Assembly: GCA_047967505.1 (NCBI GenBank)
Contig: CM106538.1
Length of the DNA: 64,000 bases
Origin: Dipteris shenzhenensis
Lineage: Eukaryota
Direction: 5' to 3' (one strand)
Shown: positions 39,944 through 51,769 of the stretch, piece after piece
How positions within the stretch are numbered: position 1 is the stretch's first letter
How the letters are laid out: every line of letters begins with the position of its first letter
Program-made: the position numbers and the translations under genes
The notes under the pieces: generated by a model
The model's database searches: none
What the model saw: only the letters and a program-made list of their open reading frames with translations
Told to the model about the DNA's origin: nothing

Positions 39944-40761
39944 ATGGCAAGAGTGAAGAACACTGCTAGACCCACTGAACGCCGCCTCCACCCTTCCTCC
40001 TCTAGCTCCACCACCTTCATGGCATCTGCACACACGAACCTATCCGAGTCCGATGGCGCCTCCCCCGACTCTCGGGAGCCCTCCCCCAAGTCCCGTGAGC
40101 CCACTCCCCAGCCCCAAGAGCATGAGCCTTCCCCTCAGCCTTCTCCCCAGCCTTCCCCTCAGCCTTCTCCCCAGCCTTAGCATGACCCTCAACCTTCCCC
40201 TCAGCCTTCCCCTTAGCCCTCAGCCTGACCCTCAGCCTTCCCCTCAGCCTTCCCCTCAACCTTCCCCTCGGCCTTCCTCTCCCGATCAAACAAAATGTGT
40301 TCAATAACCTCCCGGATATAGAGAGGCTTCCTGAGGGTCAACAGACTGCCAGGAAGAGCACCATCTTCCCTCTCCCGGAGATACAGCCCATGGTAGAGAT
40401 AACCCCTGTGCATATGAGAAGGGTAAAGCAAACTCCGAGGAAGCCCCATCCCAAAGAAGGCCAAAGCTCCAGACATCAGCGAGAGGAGGACTCGATCAGG
40501 CAAATGTAGAAGACCACCGACAACTTGATCCTACGTGCTCCCTCCCAACGTGTGGTACGGGAGATCACACAGGGATACAAGGATGACGTGTGCTTCAGCA
40601 CACGAGCTATGGAGGCGCTCCAAGAGGCTACAGAGTAAGTGACCACCGCTTTGTTCGAGGACGCCAACTTGTGTGCCATCCATGCAAAGTGCATCAAGGT
40701 CATGGACAAGGACATGGCTCTGGCGAAGCGGCTACGAAGTGACTCAAGTTTGAAGCCCTAG
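39944..40761 (+). pseudogene. Histone H3-like protein with long PQPS-repeat N-tail and repeated H3-tail motifs
   Basis: MARVKNTAR..., QTARKST, MRRVKQTPRK, then [79 protein letters not shown]. The in-frame stops TAG/TAA are consistent with C>T changes from CAG/CAA; there are frameshifts in the repeat tract. Confidence 0.92.
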
Positions 40762-40942
40762 ATTCTCTTGCAGCCCACTCTTAGGACTTAGACCACCCCC
40801 TGCCCTTGAAGGCACTATCTTGTATCTAAGGCCCAAGGGCCGATTTTTTAAAATAAAATATATCGACATTCTCTACACTATCGCATTGTTGTATATTTTG
40901 CATTTCAATGCTTGCAGTATATGATACATTTTAAGTTTTGAA

Positions 40943-41141
40943 TTCTGTCAAATCTTGAAGGAATTTCACCGTCGCGCAGAAGGGAAAAGTGTCCGGCACG
41001 TCGCTAGGACCCCAGAAAGCCCAAAACCCGCCACGGCATGAATTTGGGCATTCTGGACTTTTGGGCTTTCTAGGGTCCTGGTGACGTGCCGGACACTTTT
41101 CCCTTCGCGCGACGGTGAAATTCCTTCAAGATTTGACAGAA
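40943..41141. repeat. ~200-bp near-perfect palindrome (about 85-bp arms)
   Basis: ttctgtcaaatcttgaaggaatttcaccgtcgcg... is mirrored by ...cgcgacggtgaaattccttcaagatttgacagaa. Confidence 0.95.
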
Positions 41142-41262
41142 ATGAACTCTTGATACCCAGAATTGGTGAAAATGATACTAAATTGGCTAGAAATTTATTA
41201 AATTAACATAATTAAAATGATGGAGAAAATATATCATCGACTTAAACAAAATACAATGGAAT

Positions 41263-44200
41263 TCATGACGAGCGATGATAACTTAAAACAAATAATAAAG
41301 ACATATAGTCATGTATCCATTGAAATATCCATTTAAATATATGTTTATATATACGAAAGGCCTCACAGCTATCTTTCTTCTTGGCTAGTTCGAGTACATC
41401 GAGAATAGGGGTCTTTGAATCCCCTAGTGGATTCCTAGATATAAATCTAGCCGCAATAGCACTAACATCCTCCTCTCCTGCTGCCAAAGACATAGCTGTT
41501 GCCATCAATGCCCTGCAATGAATGTTCGATCCAAAGGCATTGATAGCAGCCAGGCGGTGTACCAAAATGACTTTGTCATCATTCCAAGTAATGTTGGAGT
41601 ATCCGATAGCGCGCGACAATGCCTTGCACTTCAGCAGCTCTGAAGGACCTCGAGGAGAAAATTTGCAGTGAAAGACCACGATATGCTCTGCGACTTTGCC
41701 AAGGTAATGGGCCAAAGAATGATCTCGCCCAAATGTGCTGCAAACATTACCCCGTCGAGATGAGAATTCATCAGGCTCGAATGCATCCTGCAACAATTCA
41801 ACAAACATTAGAAGACCAACAAAACAAATTATACTGAAAGAACATCAAAATAAAAAATATTGTTCGAACTTACCACCATAGCATCGTTGGCTTCTATCCC
41901 TTCCTCATTTGCAATGTTGATGGAACTAGGTGCTGTGTGATGTTCCATTTGGGAGGTGGACGCTTTCTCTTGACCTGTGTTGGAGGTGGAAGCTTCTGCA
42001 TGAGAGGGTTGTGCATTGTATACGGACATGTCTGCATCCCTCATTGAAATGAGCGTCATCAAGAGAAAGTCTTCCATTGTCTGGTCTTCGGTACATAAAA
42101 CCCCAGGATCTTTGACACTTGTGTCAATATCGAACCCCGATAAGACTTCGAGTGCCTCATCCTCTCGTAGTCTAAAAAGATTCTCTATGTCATGGAGGAA
42201 TACGTACTCTCCTGCATCGATGATGAGGGGGGACAAGGACCATAATTCTGAGTCTGGGTCAACGGCCTCCGATGCAGATTCTTGCTCTACTGGGGGCTCT
42301 TGAAGTAGGCTCAATGCTTGAGTTGCTTCCATCTCCTCTGTTGGATCATCAAGACTCTCTTCCATGTAGATGTCCGAGTCTAGTCTAGGGACGACCAGAT
42401 CAATAGTTCTAATAGAGGAGGTGCTAGTGTGAAGAGAGTGGGAGAGAAGGAAGGAGTCTCACTTGCAGCTTTCTCACATACACAATGGGGGAATATACAC
42501 AAAGGTGGAGGATGAAAATAGTTTTCCTCTCCTTAGTTGTGAAAGCCAAAAGAACTCTAAGTACAAAAGAATAGGCGAACCCTTTATGTGGGTCTCAAAC
42601 CAAACTTAGCTAACTAAGGTGGCATACTAACTGAGCCACTAACTAGAGTACATAAAGATAGCTGTCATCCAGCTATTATTCATGGGCGGTGTACCAACTG
42701 CATCTGCAGCTAACAAGTCGATGACATAAATGCACAATGGTCACCCTGGCATATCATGAGTGGAGCTCGATATCTCAACACTCCCCCTCGAGCTCAATCC
42801 CAATTCCTGCACATAGTGATAATGCACCTCAATGTGCTTTGTTCTAGCATGATAGACTGGGTTATTTGTATACTGCTCATGTTGTCACAATAAATGACAA
42901 CTGGCCCATCTATAGACTGATATATATCATAAAGTAGCTTATGCAACCAAGCTACCTCACATGCAGCCATTGTTGCACCCCTGTACTCAGCTTCTGTGCT
43001 CGACAAGGCAACTGTAGGCTGTTTCTTGCTACTCCAAGTGACTGCAGCACTCCCAAAAGAGAACATATATCCACTTGTAGATCGTGTATCAGAAATACTA
43101 CCAGCCCAATCAGCATCAATGTATCCATGCAACTGTATTCGAACCCCAATCTTATTAAATAGTCCATATTGCAATGTGGACTTCACATACCTCAGTATGC
43201 ATCTAGCCGCATCCAAATGTGGTTTCCTTAGAGCCTGGATAAACTAACTTACCAACCCAATAGCATAGCTCAAATCTGACCTGGTAATAGTCATATAAAT
43301 CAAACTTCCTACTATGCATCTGTACATAGTAGGGTCTTCCAGAAGCTCACCTACATCTGCACTCAACTTCACATTTTGCTCCAAAGGGACTGAAATAGGC
43401 TTACAGCCTGTCATCCCATATTTGGACAGCATATCCAATCCATACTGCCTCCAAAGGGAACCTCAATCCCCAAGAAGTAACGCAGCTCTCCCAAATCCTT
43501 CATCTCAAACTTCTACTTCAATAGCATTTTCACATGAAGGATATCTTCATCACTATCACCTGTGATGATTAAATCATCAACATAAATGACAAGCAGCATA
43601 ATGCCTTTCTCTGTTTTTCTCACATAAAGTGAGAAATCTGCCTTGGAAATCTGAAAGCCAATAGTGACAAGATAGTGTCCTATCTTGTCAGACCATGCTC
43701 TGGGTGCTTGCTTCAAGCCATACAAGGCTTTCTTCAACCTACAAACAAACTCAAGATGAACAGCATAAACATAACCTCGTGGCTGCTGCATATAGACCTC
43801 TTCTTGCAAATCACCATGCAAGAAAGCATTCTTTACATCCATCTAATGTAAAGACCATCCCTTTGATGCAGCCATAGCAATGACTGCTCTTACGGTTGCC
43901 ATCCTTGCAACCGGACTGAATGTTTCTTCATAATCAATGCCAAATGTTTGTGCATACCCCTTGATAACTAATCTTGCCTTGTATCTGTTCACAGAACCAT
44001 CTACATTGTGCTTCACCTTATAAACCCACTTGCAGCCAATTGCATTCTTGTCTTTAGGCAAAGGCACCAATTCTTATGTAGCATTTACTTCCAAGGCATC
44101 CATTTCTTCATCCATGGCTTTCTCCCATTTGTCTTTTCCCATGGCTTGCTCAAAAGAAGTGGATTCCAGTTCATGTATCACTTTGACCATAGAGGCATAG

Positions 44201-47200
44201 TGAATGGCTATAAATCCATCATATTTCAGCCTATCCAAAGGATACCTAGCTTTGGTAGACCTGCGCAAAATAGGCTCACTACTAGGTGCTCTCAAAACAT
44301 CCCTGGTCTTCCTTACTCCAGGTGTAACAACAAAAGGAATACCCAACTCATCATCAAGGCTCTGTTCTGAGCCATTGGATTCACCATCCACATAAGAGTG
44401 ACGTGCATTCCCATCAACCATGGGCTGATCTACTTTCTCTTTTCCTTTTCGTGATACTTGCATACCACTATCTGCATTGCTTTGAGGAGATCCTCCTGAT
44501 CTCAATCTGCCTGTCCAAGGCGAAGTATGTGAACCATTGCTAGAGAACACTACAGGTCCACTAATATTTTGTGATTGCTGCTGTGAATTCTGTGAAGCAT
44601 TACCATTTTGTGCATCTACATCATCAATCACATTTATTGGTTTATACCAGCTACTCATCTCATCAAAAACATATCTGCTCACTGTAAACTTACGAGTAGA
44701 AGGGTTATAGCATCTATACCCTTTCTACTACAGAGAATAACCAATAAAGATGCACTTCTCAGCTTTTGGATCCAACTTGGATCTCAACTCATCTGGCACA
44801 TGAACATAGGCAATGCAGCAAAAAACTTTCAAATGAGAAATATCTGGTTTCCTACCATTATGCCTCTCCTCTGGTGTCATGCCATGTATTGATGCAGCGG
44901 GAGTCCTGTTCATTATGTAGACTGCTGTAGCAACTGCTTCAGCCCAATAATAATTTGACAAATCTTTTTCGTTGAGCATGGCACGAGATACCTCTCCAAT
45001 ATGCATGTTTTTCCTTTCTACAAGTCCATTTTGCTGTGGGGTATGACTGCATGAATATTGCTGCTTTATGCCATGCTCCTGCAGGAAACTTGCAAACTCA
45101 TTTGAGAGGTACTCTCCCCCTCCATCTGACCTTAGGCATTTTATTTGCAGGCCTGTTTCTTTTTCAACCATAGCTTTAAAAGCTTTGAAATGCCCAAACA
45201 CTTCACTTTTCTTTTTCATAAAATACACCCAAACTTTTCTAATGTAGTCATCAATAAAAGTGACAAAATAATGACAGCCTCCAATAGATGCAGCTTTAGT
45301 AGTCCACACATTAGAGTGGATTAATTCCAATGGCCTCTTACTCTCTTGAACATGTCTAGGAAATGGTTTCCTTGCCTGTTTTCCAAATTGACATGCTTCA
45401 CATACCTTATGCATTTCTGCAACCTTGAACTTAGGAAATCCTGCAACAATATTTTGGGCCTGCATTAATTTAAGTCACTGTACATTAGCATGACCAATGC
45501 GTTTATGCCAAATATCAATATCTGCAACTACACCGGTCCCATGTGCAAACATTGCTGCACTCAATTCAGGCATGTCCGCATCCAACGTAAACATCCTGCC
45601 CTTCTTCTTCCCTTTTGCTATCAAGCGACCTTTATTTTTCATATCCTCAACAAAGCATCCATGAGGATTAAATCTGACCTGCAAGCCCTGCTCAACCATT
45701 TGACCAACAGAAACCAGGTTCTTGGTGATATTCGGGACATGAAATACATCAAACATGTATTTCTTTTTTCCATCCTGCATAGACAAAGGAATTTTACCAA
45801 TCTGCACAATAGGATGTACAGTATCATCACCAGTCTCCACAAATCCTGGTCTTTCCATTTTCCTTGCATCCTGCATCCATTCTGCATGACCTGTCATGTG
45901 GTTTGACGCACCTGAGTCAACATACCAGACATCATTGCTTTCTTCTATACTTGTCACAGAATTGGTCATGTGCTGCACCATAAACAGATGCTCATTTCTG
46001 TCATCACCCTGTCTACTAGAGGATGCATAATTGCCTTGCTGCAATTTTCCAGTCATGATGTCATTCTGCTTTTTATAGCAGTCTTTAACCATATGACCCA
46101 TTTTACCACAGTAGTAGCATTCAACATTGTTGTTTGCATTTTGGCCTCTCTACCATCCACCACGACCTCTTTGGCTCCCCATGCCTCTAAAGTTACCACG
46201 TCCTCCTCCATAGGACTGGTTTTCTTGAATTTACTGCATATTTTGATTTCTACCACGGCCTCCAAATCGGCCTGCTCTACCTCTGCCTCTGCCTCTACCT
46301 CTTCCAGCATTTGAGTAGAAGACAGCTTCTTTTGAAGTTCCTCCTGAAGAAGATGCACCACCATTTCTCTACTCTTCAGAAATTAGAAGAGCAATCAACT
46401 CCTCAAAATCAGGAAAATTCTCACGGACGGCAATGGATGTCCGGAATTGTGCATAATCCTTTCCTAGACCATTCAAGGTCACAGAAACTAAATCATCATC
46501 TTCCATTGGCGACCCAATAGAAGCAAGTGCATCTGCAATCTTCTTCACCTTCATGTGGTAGTCATTGATGCTCATATTTTCTCTCTGCACATTATGCAAC
46601 TCTTGCTTGAGCTGCATTTTCCTGGCTTGCGTATTTGTGCTATACATTTTTGTCAAAGTATCCCACACCTCCTTCGGCGTGCTTGCATCCTGAATATGCA
46701 CAATCATAGAATCTGAAATACTGATAGACAGCCAGTACATAACTTTTCTGGCTCTCTCATGCTAGCCTTTAAATGCCTGCAACTCCTGTTGATTGGGAAC
46801 ATTAGGAATAACTGGTTCTTGTTCAGCTCCAGTAATGAACTCCCAATAGCCTTTTCCCTTAAGGAAATTCGTCATTCTAAACTTCCATGCTTGGAAGTTG
46901 TTCTTGTCAAGCTTTTTAGTGAGAATCTGTGAAAGAGCATCAGACGCCATTACAGAACACTGCAAAATATTCTGTCACTGCAAAAAAACACTACTTCTGC
47001 CTCACAAGGGCAAATCTGCAAAATTGGCAAGAGTGGTATTTGACCACACAGTCACTTCCTAATGACGATTATGCATCAACAGGCAATAAGAATGATTTTG
47101 TCACTCCCAATATCTCTGCGCACAGGCATACAATGTAATTTCTACGATAACTTTTCACCGACCTGCAGAACAGTGGTCGCACAGCAAAAACAGGGCACTT

Positions 47201-48294
47201 TCCTCAGTGCCTGCGAAAAACTTCCGCCACCAAAACGGGCCCCGAAATGGCCTCGAATCAAAAAAATAATTTCACCAAGGGCTTTGCCCTTGCCCATAGC
47301 ATATAATGCCCTCTCGCCACACCGCGAAGGGTGTCCCAATCTGAGACAGTGCACTCTTGCACTTTCCGGCTGTGCTACCTGCAAAGATTTGCTCCCAAAC
47401 TCAAAAAAAAAGGAAAGCAACACTGATCCTCTTACTAGGACACCACGAACTTGGTTTGCTTTCTTGAGCTCCTTACCACGAACCAAGCTCTGATACCATG
47501 TGAAGAGAGTGGGAGAGAAGGAAGGAGTCTCACTTGCAGCTTTCTCACATACACAATGGGGGAATATACACAAAGGTGGAGGCTGAAAACAATTTTCCTC
47601 TCCTTAGTTGTGAAAGCCAAAAGAACTCTAAGTACAAAAGAATAGGTGAACCCTTTATGTGGGTCTCAAACCAAACTTAGCTAACTAAGGTGGCATACTA
47701 ACTGAGCCACTAACTAGAGTACATAAAGATAGTTGTCATCCAACTATTATTCATAGGCAGTGTACCAACCGCATCTACAGCTCTAGCAAGTCAGTGACAT
47801 AAATGCACAACGGTCACCCTGGCATATCACGAGTGGAGCTCGATATCTCAACAGCTAGACAATGAGGCTTCTTCCTCTAAATTTCCTTCTTGGAAAAGGA
47901 AGATCAATGTCATCTCCCGTGAAAGGAATTTGGTGCCTATATTTCCTGTGATCCCTGTGTCTAGGATGTCTTGAACTTCAACTATCCTAAACCCTTCGTT
48001 TGTAAGGTTGTCACAAAAGCGGGCCAAGCACTTTACAAACTTGGGTTCCTCTACAAACAGATGCTTTATGTAATCTATGGGAACCCATCTCTTTGAAGTG
48101 TGGTCAAGTGTATAGACAAAATTTGAGAAATTATCTTGCATGTAAAGGATGAGATCTGAGAAGTCATCCTTGGCTCGCATATATGTGCCTAGGACATCTA
48201 AAGTCCTATCAAACACTAAAAATAGCTCTTCCTCATGATCTGCAAATGCAGTTCGTGAGATGAAGTCATGGAACGAAGTTCTAGCTGAATCCAT
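41263..48294 (-). pseudogene. Cargo gene 'X' (unknown acidic protein) split by Copia insertion
   Basis: Removing 42428-47853 plus one TSD joins ORF 47848-48294 (...EEASLSS) in frame, via TSSIRTIDLVVPRLDSDIY, to ORF 41829-42365. An intron at about 41788-41874 leads into ORF 41263-41808. Confidence 0.8.
42428..47853 (-). mobile_element. Full-length Copia LTR retrotransposon nested in the DNA transposon
   Basis: LTRs 42428-42780 and 47499-47853. TSD GCTAG at 42423-42427 and 47854-47858. PBS at 47487-47498; PPT at 42781-42789. Gag (KLDKNNFQAWK), PR (WYVDSGAS), IN (RSDGGGEY), RT (YVDD) and RH, with stops. Confidence 0.97.
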
Positions 48295-48575
48295 GGCAAA
48301 TAGTAGTTGATGGAGGCAGTAACTTCTGAGGACGGGAGTTTCTATGGCTCTCTAAATGTGAAAGTGAGAATGTGATGTAAAAAGGGCTCTTACCCCTTAA
48401 TATATATCAAAACCCTAAAAATTAAAATTAATCATAAAATCCCTAAAATTTTTGAAAAACATTTACCACCATGAACTAAAAGGAGAAAACATTGAAAGAA
48501 ATAACATTTTAATTTAGTTGTCCATCATCTTTTGAAGCAATAACTAGGATTTGACAAACAAAATTAAATGCTACA

Positions 48576-49840
48576 CTAGTCAAACACATTGTTAGCAATC
48601 TTCGAAGTTGCAGGAGGAATGAAATTGGCACTATGCATGCACTTCTCCACATGGCGGCTGATCTTACCACCATTTAAGGTAAAGTAGAAGGACTCTGACA
48701 TGCCGTCCTCCATGACCAATAGGTGTTCTCGCACCTTCCTTAGAGTCCATTGCGATCTGACATTCACATTCTTGACATCTCTCTCTTCAACATCAATAGA
48801 CAAACTTACCCCCGTATTGTGTTCATCATTAGAGTCTAGGGGAAGCCACTGGCCATTTGTTTTCTTCCAACGCCTGTACTGAAAAGATAAATACAACATT
48901 TGGCATGACAAATGGTATCCAATAACCACATTGTCTTTACATGCGTGACATTGAAACACATCACCCTTTTGGTCACCTAACCTGGTTCCCCAATTCATCC
49001 CAAGTAAATCTTCAAGAGCATTTTCATCTACATGCTTGTAGGACCACATAGTTTTTGTTCTATGCATATGTATATTCTGAAATAAAGAAGCAAAAATGTG
49101 TAGAGGCATAAACCAAGATAACCCTGCCCATTTGGATCTAAATGTAACCTTCATGGCCATGCCCACATCCTTTGCAATCTTATCCTTGTACGATTGCAAT
49201 GTCCTCGAGTCCACATTACTGCAATCCATGTCTTGAAGTTGTGGTGGTGCAATGGTTTGCAAATGGACATAGCTTGATGATGTCGTTGGAGTAATGTATG
49301 TTGCATTATACCAATACACATTCTTCATTCGCAAGGAGGCCGACTTCTCCCCAGCATGCATTTGCTTACCTAAATCCTCATGAATCGCAGTGAACTTGCC
49401 TATGAATGATTCAATTGGTTCCCACTCCTCGAGATCTGAAGGGAAAACATCTGCCACCATGAATAAGAGCTCTTAGAAACCAAACACAAAATTTCCAAAT
49501 GGACTCATTACACTTACAGGTGAAAAAGATACATAGATAGAAAGGCTCACAGTGTGATGGTATCCTAGATTGATTGAATGATGGAGGAAGCCGCATATCT
49601 TTTCCCATGTAAACATGTTGCACTTTTGCGAGCCATCCTTTCTTCCTTAACTTGAACTTTAAGATGCACCCCTTCCACTCATGCAAGACGCTTATGTGGA
49701 CCTTTGGTCGATTCTTTCATCACTATCCAGTCATTTAAGCTGTAGGTGCAAGAGATCCACTCATCCAATGCATTTTTGGTATTGCGGAAGACATAAGAGG
49801 TCACAGCATTGCATGGTCTTGTAGCCTTTCTCCTCACCAT
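48576..49840 (-). pseudogene. BAH-domain protein with C-terminal ubiquitin-like region (cargo; one frameshift, one intron)
   Basis: YSLNDWIVMK..WKGCILKF..WLAKVQHVY..D..LP..|VFPSDLEEWEPIESFIGKFTAI..YWYNATY follows the BAH pattern. The C-terminus VNVRSQWTLRKVREHL..FYFTLNGGKI resembles a beta-grasp/Ubl fold. Confidence 0.65.
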
Positions 49841-50055
49841 GCTTGCAAAGGTTGCAACAGCAAGAATGGGACTCCTACACAACGCAATGCAACTCCAACA
49901 GAGGCACAAAAGAGGGAGAAGGAGAGGGACAGAGCAGCAGCAACAGAGGCACAGGAGAGGGAGAAGGAGAGGGACAGAGCAACAGCAACAGAGGCACAGG
50001 AGAGGGAGAAGAAGAGGGATATAGCAGCTCCAACAAAGGCACAGGAGAGGGAGAG

Positions 50056-50091
<36 letters not shown>

Positions 50092-50508
50092 CTGCAGCAA
50101 GCAGACCAGAGCAAGAGGGAGTAGAGAAAGAGGGGGAAGAGGGAAAATGCGTGGGATTTGGTTCAAATATGAGTGATTTGGCATGCTGGACCAGAACAGT
50201 GGGGGCAGAGGCCCTAGAAAGAGAGAGGGGAGAAGAAAAATTCGCCACAAGTGCCCTACCATCCCATTGAAGGCAGTTTTGGGCTCATGTGGGGAAGGTG
50301 CACCTGGTAGGAGGGTCAAACATGGGTTAAGAGGGAGGGGGGATGGTTTGGGTGGTCCCTAGTATAAGGGGAGCAACCAATAGGGGCTCTCTACAAGCCT
50401 ACCCACCCTCCACCTCAACATACCATTGCCCCACACCTTCTAGCACTCTCATTGGTACACCTCAAATCACTCTCTAATCCCTTAAAATTAGGAAACACTA
50501 ATTGGAGA

Positions 50509-50538
50509 CCCTTTTGAGACCCCAATTCTCCCCTAATG
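50509..50538 (-). repeat. Right TIR
   Basis: Reverse complement of 36155-36184. Confidence 0.95.
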
Positions 50539-51646
50539 ATCTTATGTTGTTTGCATATATTTTCTTGTGACAATAATTGATTGACATGATCGATTAATTA
50601 CTTTGTATTTGAATGTAAAAGCAAGATGGTATCCATCTTCTTTGGTTCATTTAAGGAGTAAGTTCCACACCATAGCTCTTGTGGGCAAGATTATACATTT
50701 ACAAGGTTTGAAATTTGGTACTATGGAATAGATACAAATTTATATTATGTAATGTGCCCATCGAAAAACCCTCTCCATGATAAATCATAGGAAGATAAGC
50801 ACAAGATGTGGATGCTACCATCCATGGAAGGAGTCATGGACATGAAATCTTCCATTGACTTTATTTCATGTGGATGCTTAGAAGGTGGCCCCTAAATCCA
50901 AGAAGCAATGTGGTATGCAAGGAAACACATGGGGAAACATCCCAAATGTCTTTTTGCTCATTCAGGGAAAATTAGTGACATGAAAAAAGGCAAATGGGTG
51001 ATCCTCAAAACATTATGTAGAGTTTTTGAGCCACTGGCAAAAAAACATAGTGGTGGAGTCCTCTCTCAAAGCATCTTGGCTGCGAGTTGGTGTGGGGTTG
51101 GCGTACGTTTGGAACGTGCAAGAATGGTGAACTGCAGTTGCAGATGCCGACTGCAGGGACGGGCCACCAGGAAAGAAAAAAACTGGCGGTTTCTCAGCTT
51201 CCATCATGTGCACAAAAGAATGGAGGAAAGACTTGTAAGTTGTAATTCGTAAACAATGTCATTTTATAGAAGCTTCCAATATGGTTGGCTTCTGGAATTG
51301 TTGATGAATCTGTTGATTCTGATATAACGCGCACATGTTGCTCATGGCATGAATTTCACGTGTCGGTGTAGATTGATTTGAAACATGTGTTCACCGTTCC
51401 GAATTCTCCAAAGTCGCAAGTACAAGCGTCCACGGATTGAGAAGCAAGGGAGGCGGCAATTTCTGATTTGATCTGGTGTCGCGGGTGCACCGTGCAAAGC
51501 TGGAACCCTTCCAAAGGCTACAGCAAATACGTCTGCCCCACAGTCCACTACCTCGACTTTGTAGACTGGTAGACTTTGTAAACGCGATGCAGGATCAGAT
51601 TGACTTTAACTTGCATCTTGCCACTGTAGTAATATCAGACGGAAAG

Positions 51647-51769
51647 GGCAATTTCATCTTACGAGAAAGAATAGAAAGGTCCTTCCAGGTAAATTGTCAC
51701 GGGGCTGGGCAATTTCATCTTACGAGAAAGAATAGAAAGGTCCTTCCAGGTGAATTGTCACGGGGCTGG
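51647..51769. repeat. 61-bp tandem duplication
   Basis: ggcaatttcatcttacgagaaagaatagaaaggtccttccaggt..cacggggctg occurs twice. Confidence 0.9.

Larger units (their letters stand above)
36155..50538 (+). mobile_element. RAG1/Transib-like TIR DNA transposon with H3-like, BAH-Ubl and unknown cargo genes (copy 2; about 8.95 kb without the nested Copia)
   Basis: Perfect 30-bp TIRs CATTAGGGGAGAATTGGGGTCTCAAAAGGG at 36155-36184 and 50509-50538 enclose a DDE transposase and three further genes. Confidence 0.9.

Noticed and set aside
39944-40761. Host CENH3 gene
   Set aside because: Canonical loop-1 length, Q68 and F84 equivalents retained, no evident introns, and located inside TIRs.
48576-49840. 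RAG2-like partner gene
   Set aside because: No kelch-repeat or PHD Cys/His pattern seen; the motifs fit BAH instead.
49841-50319. LLLPLLCLC / QQQRHRRG repeat ORFs
   Set aside because: Arise from a 33-bp tandem repeat and a GA tract in the 5' region of the BAH gene.
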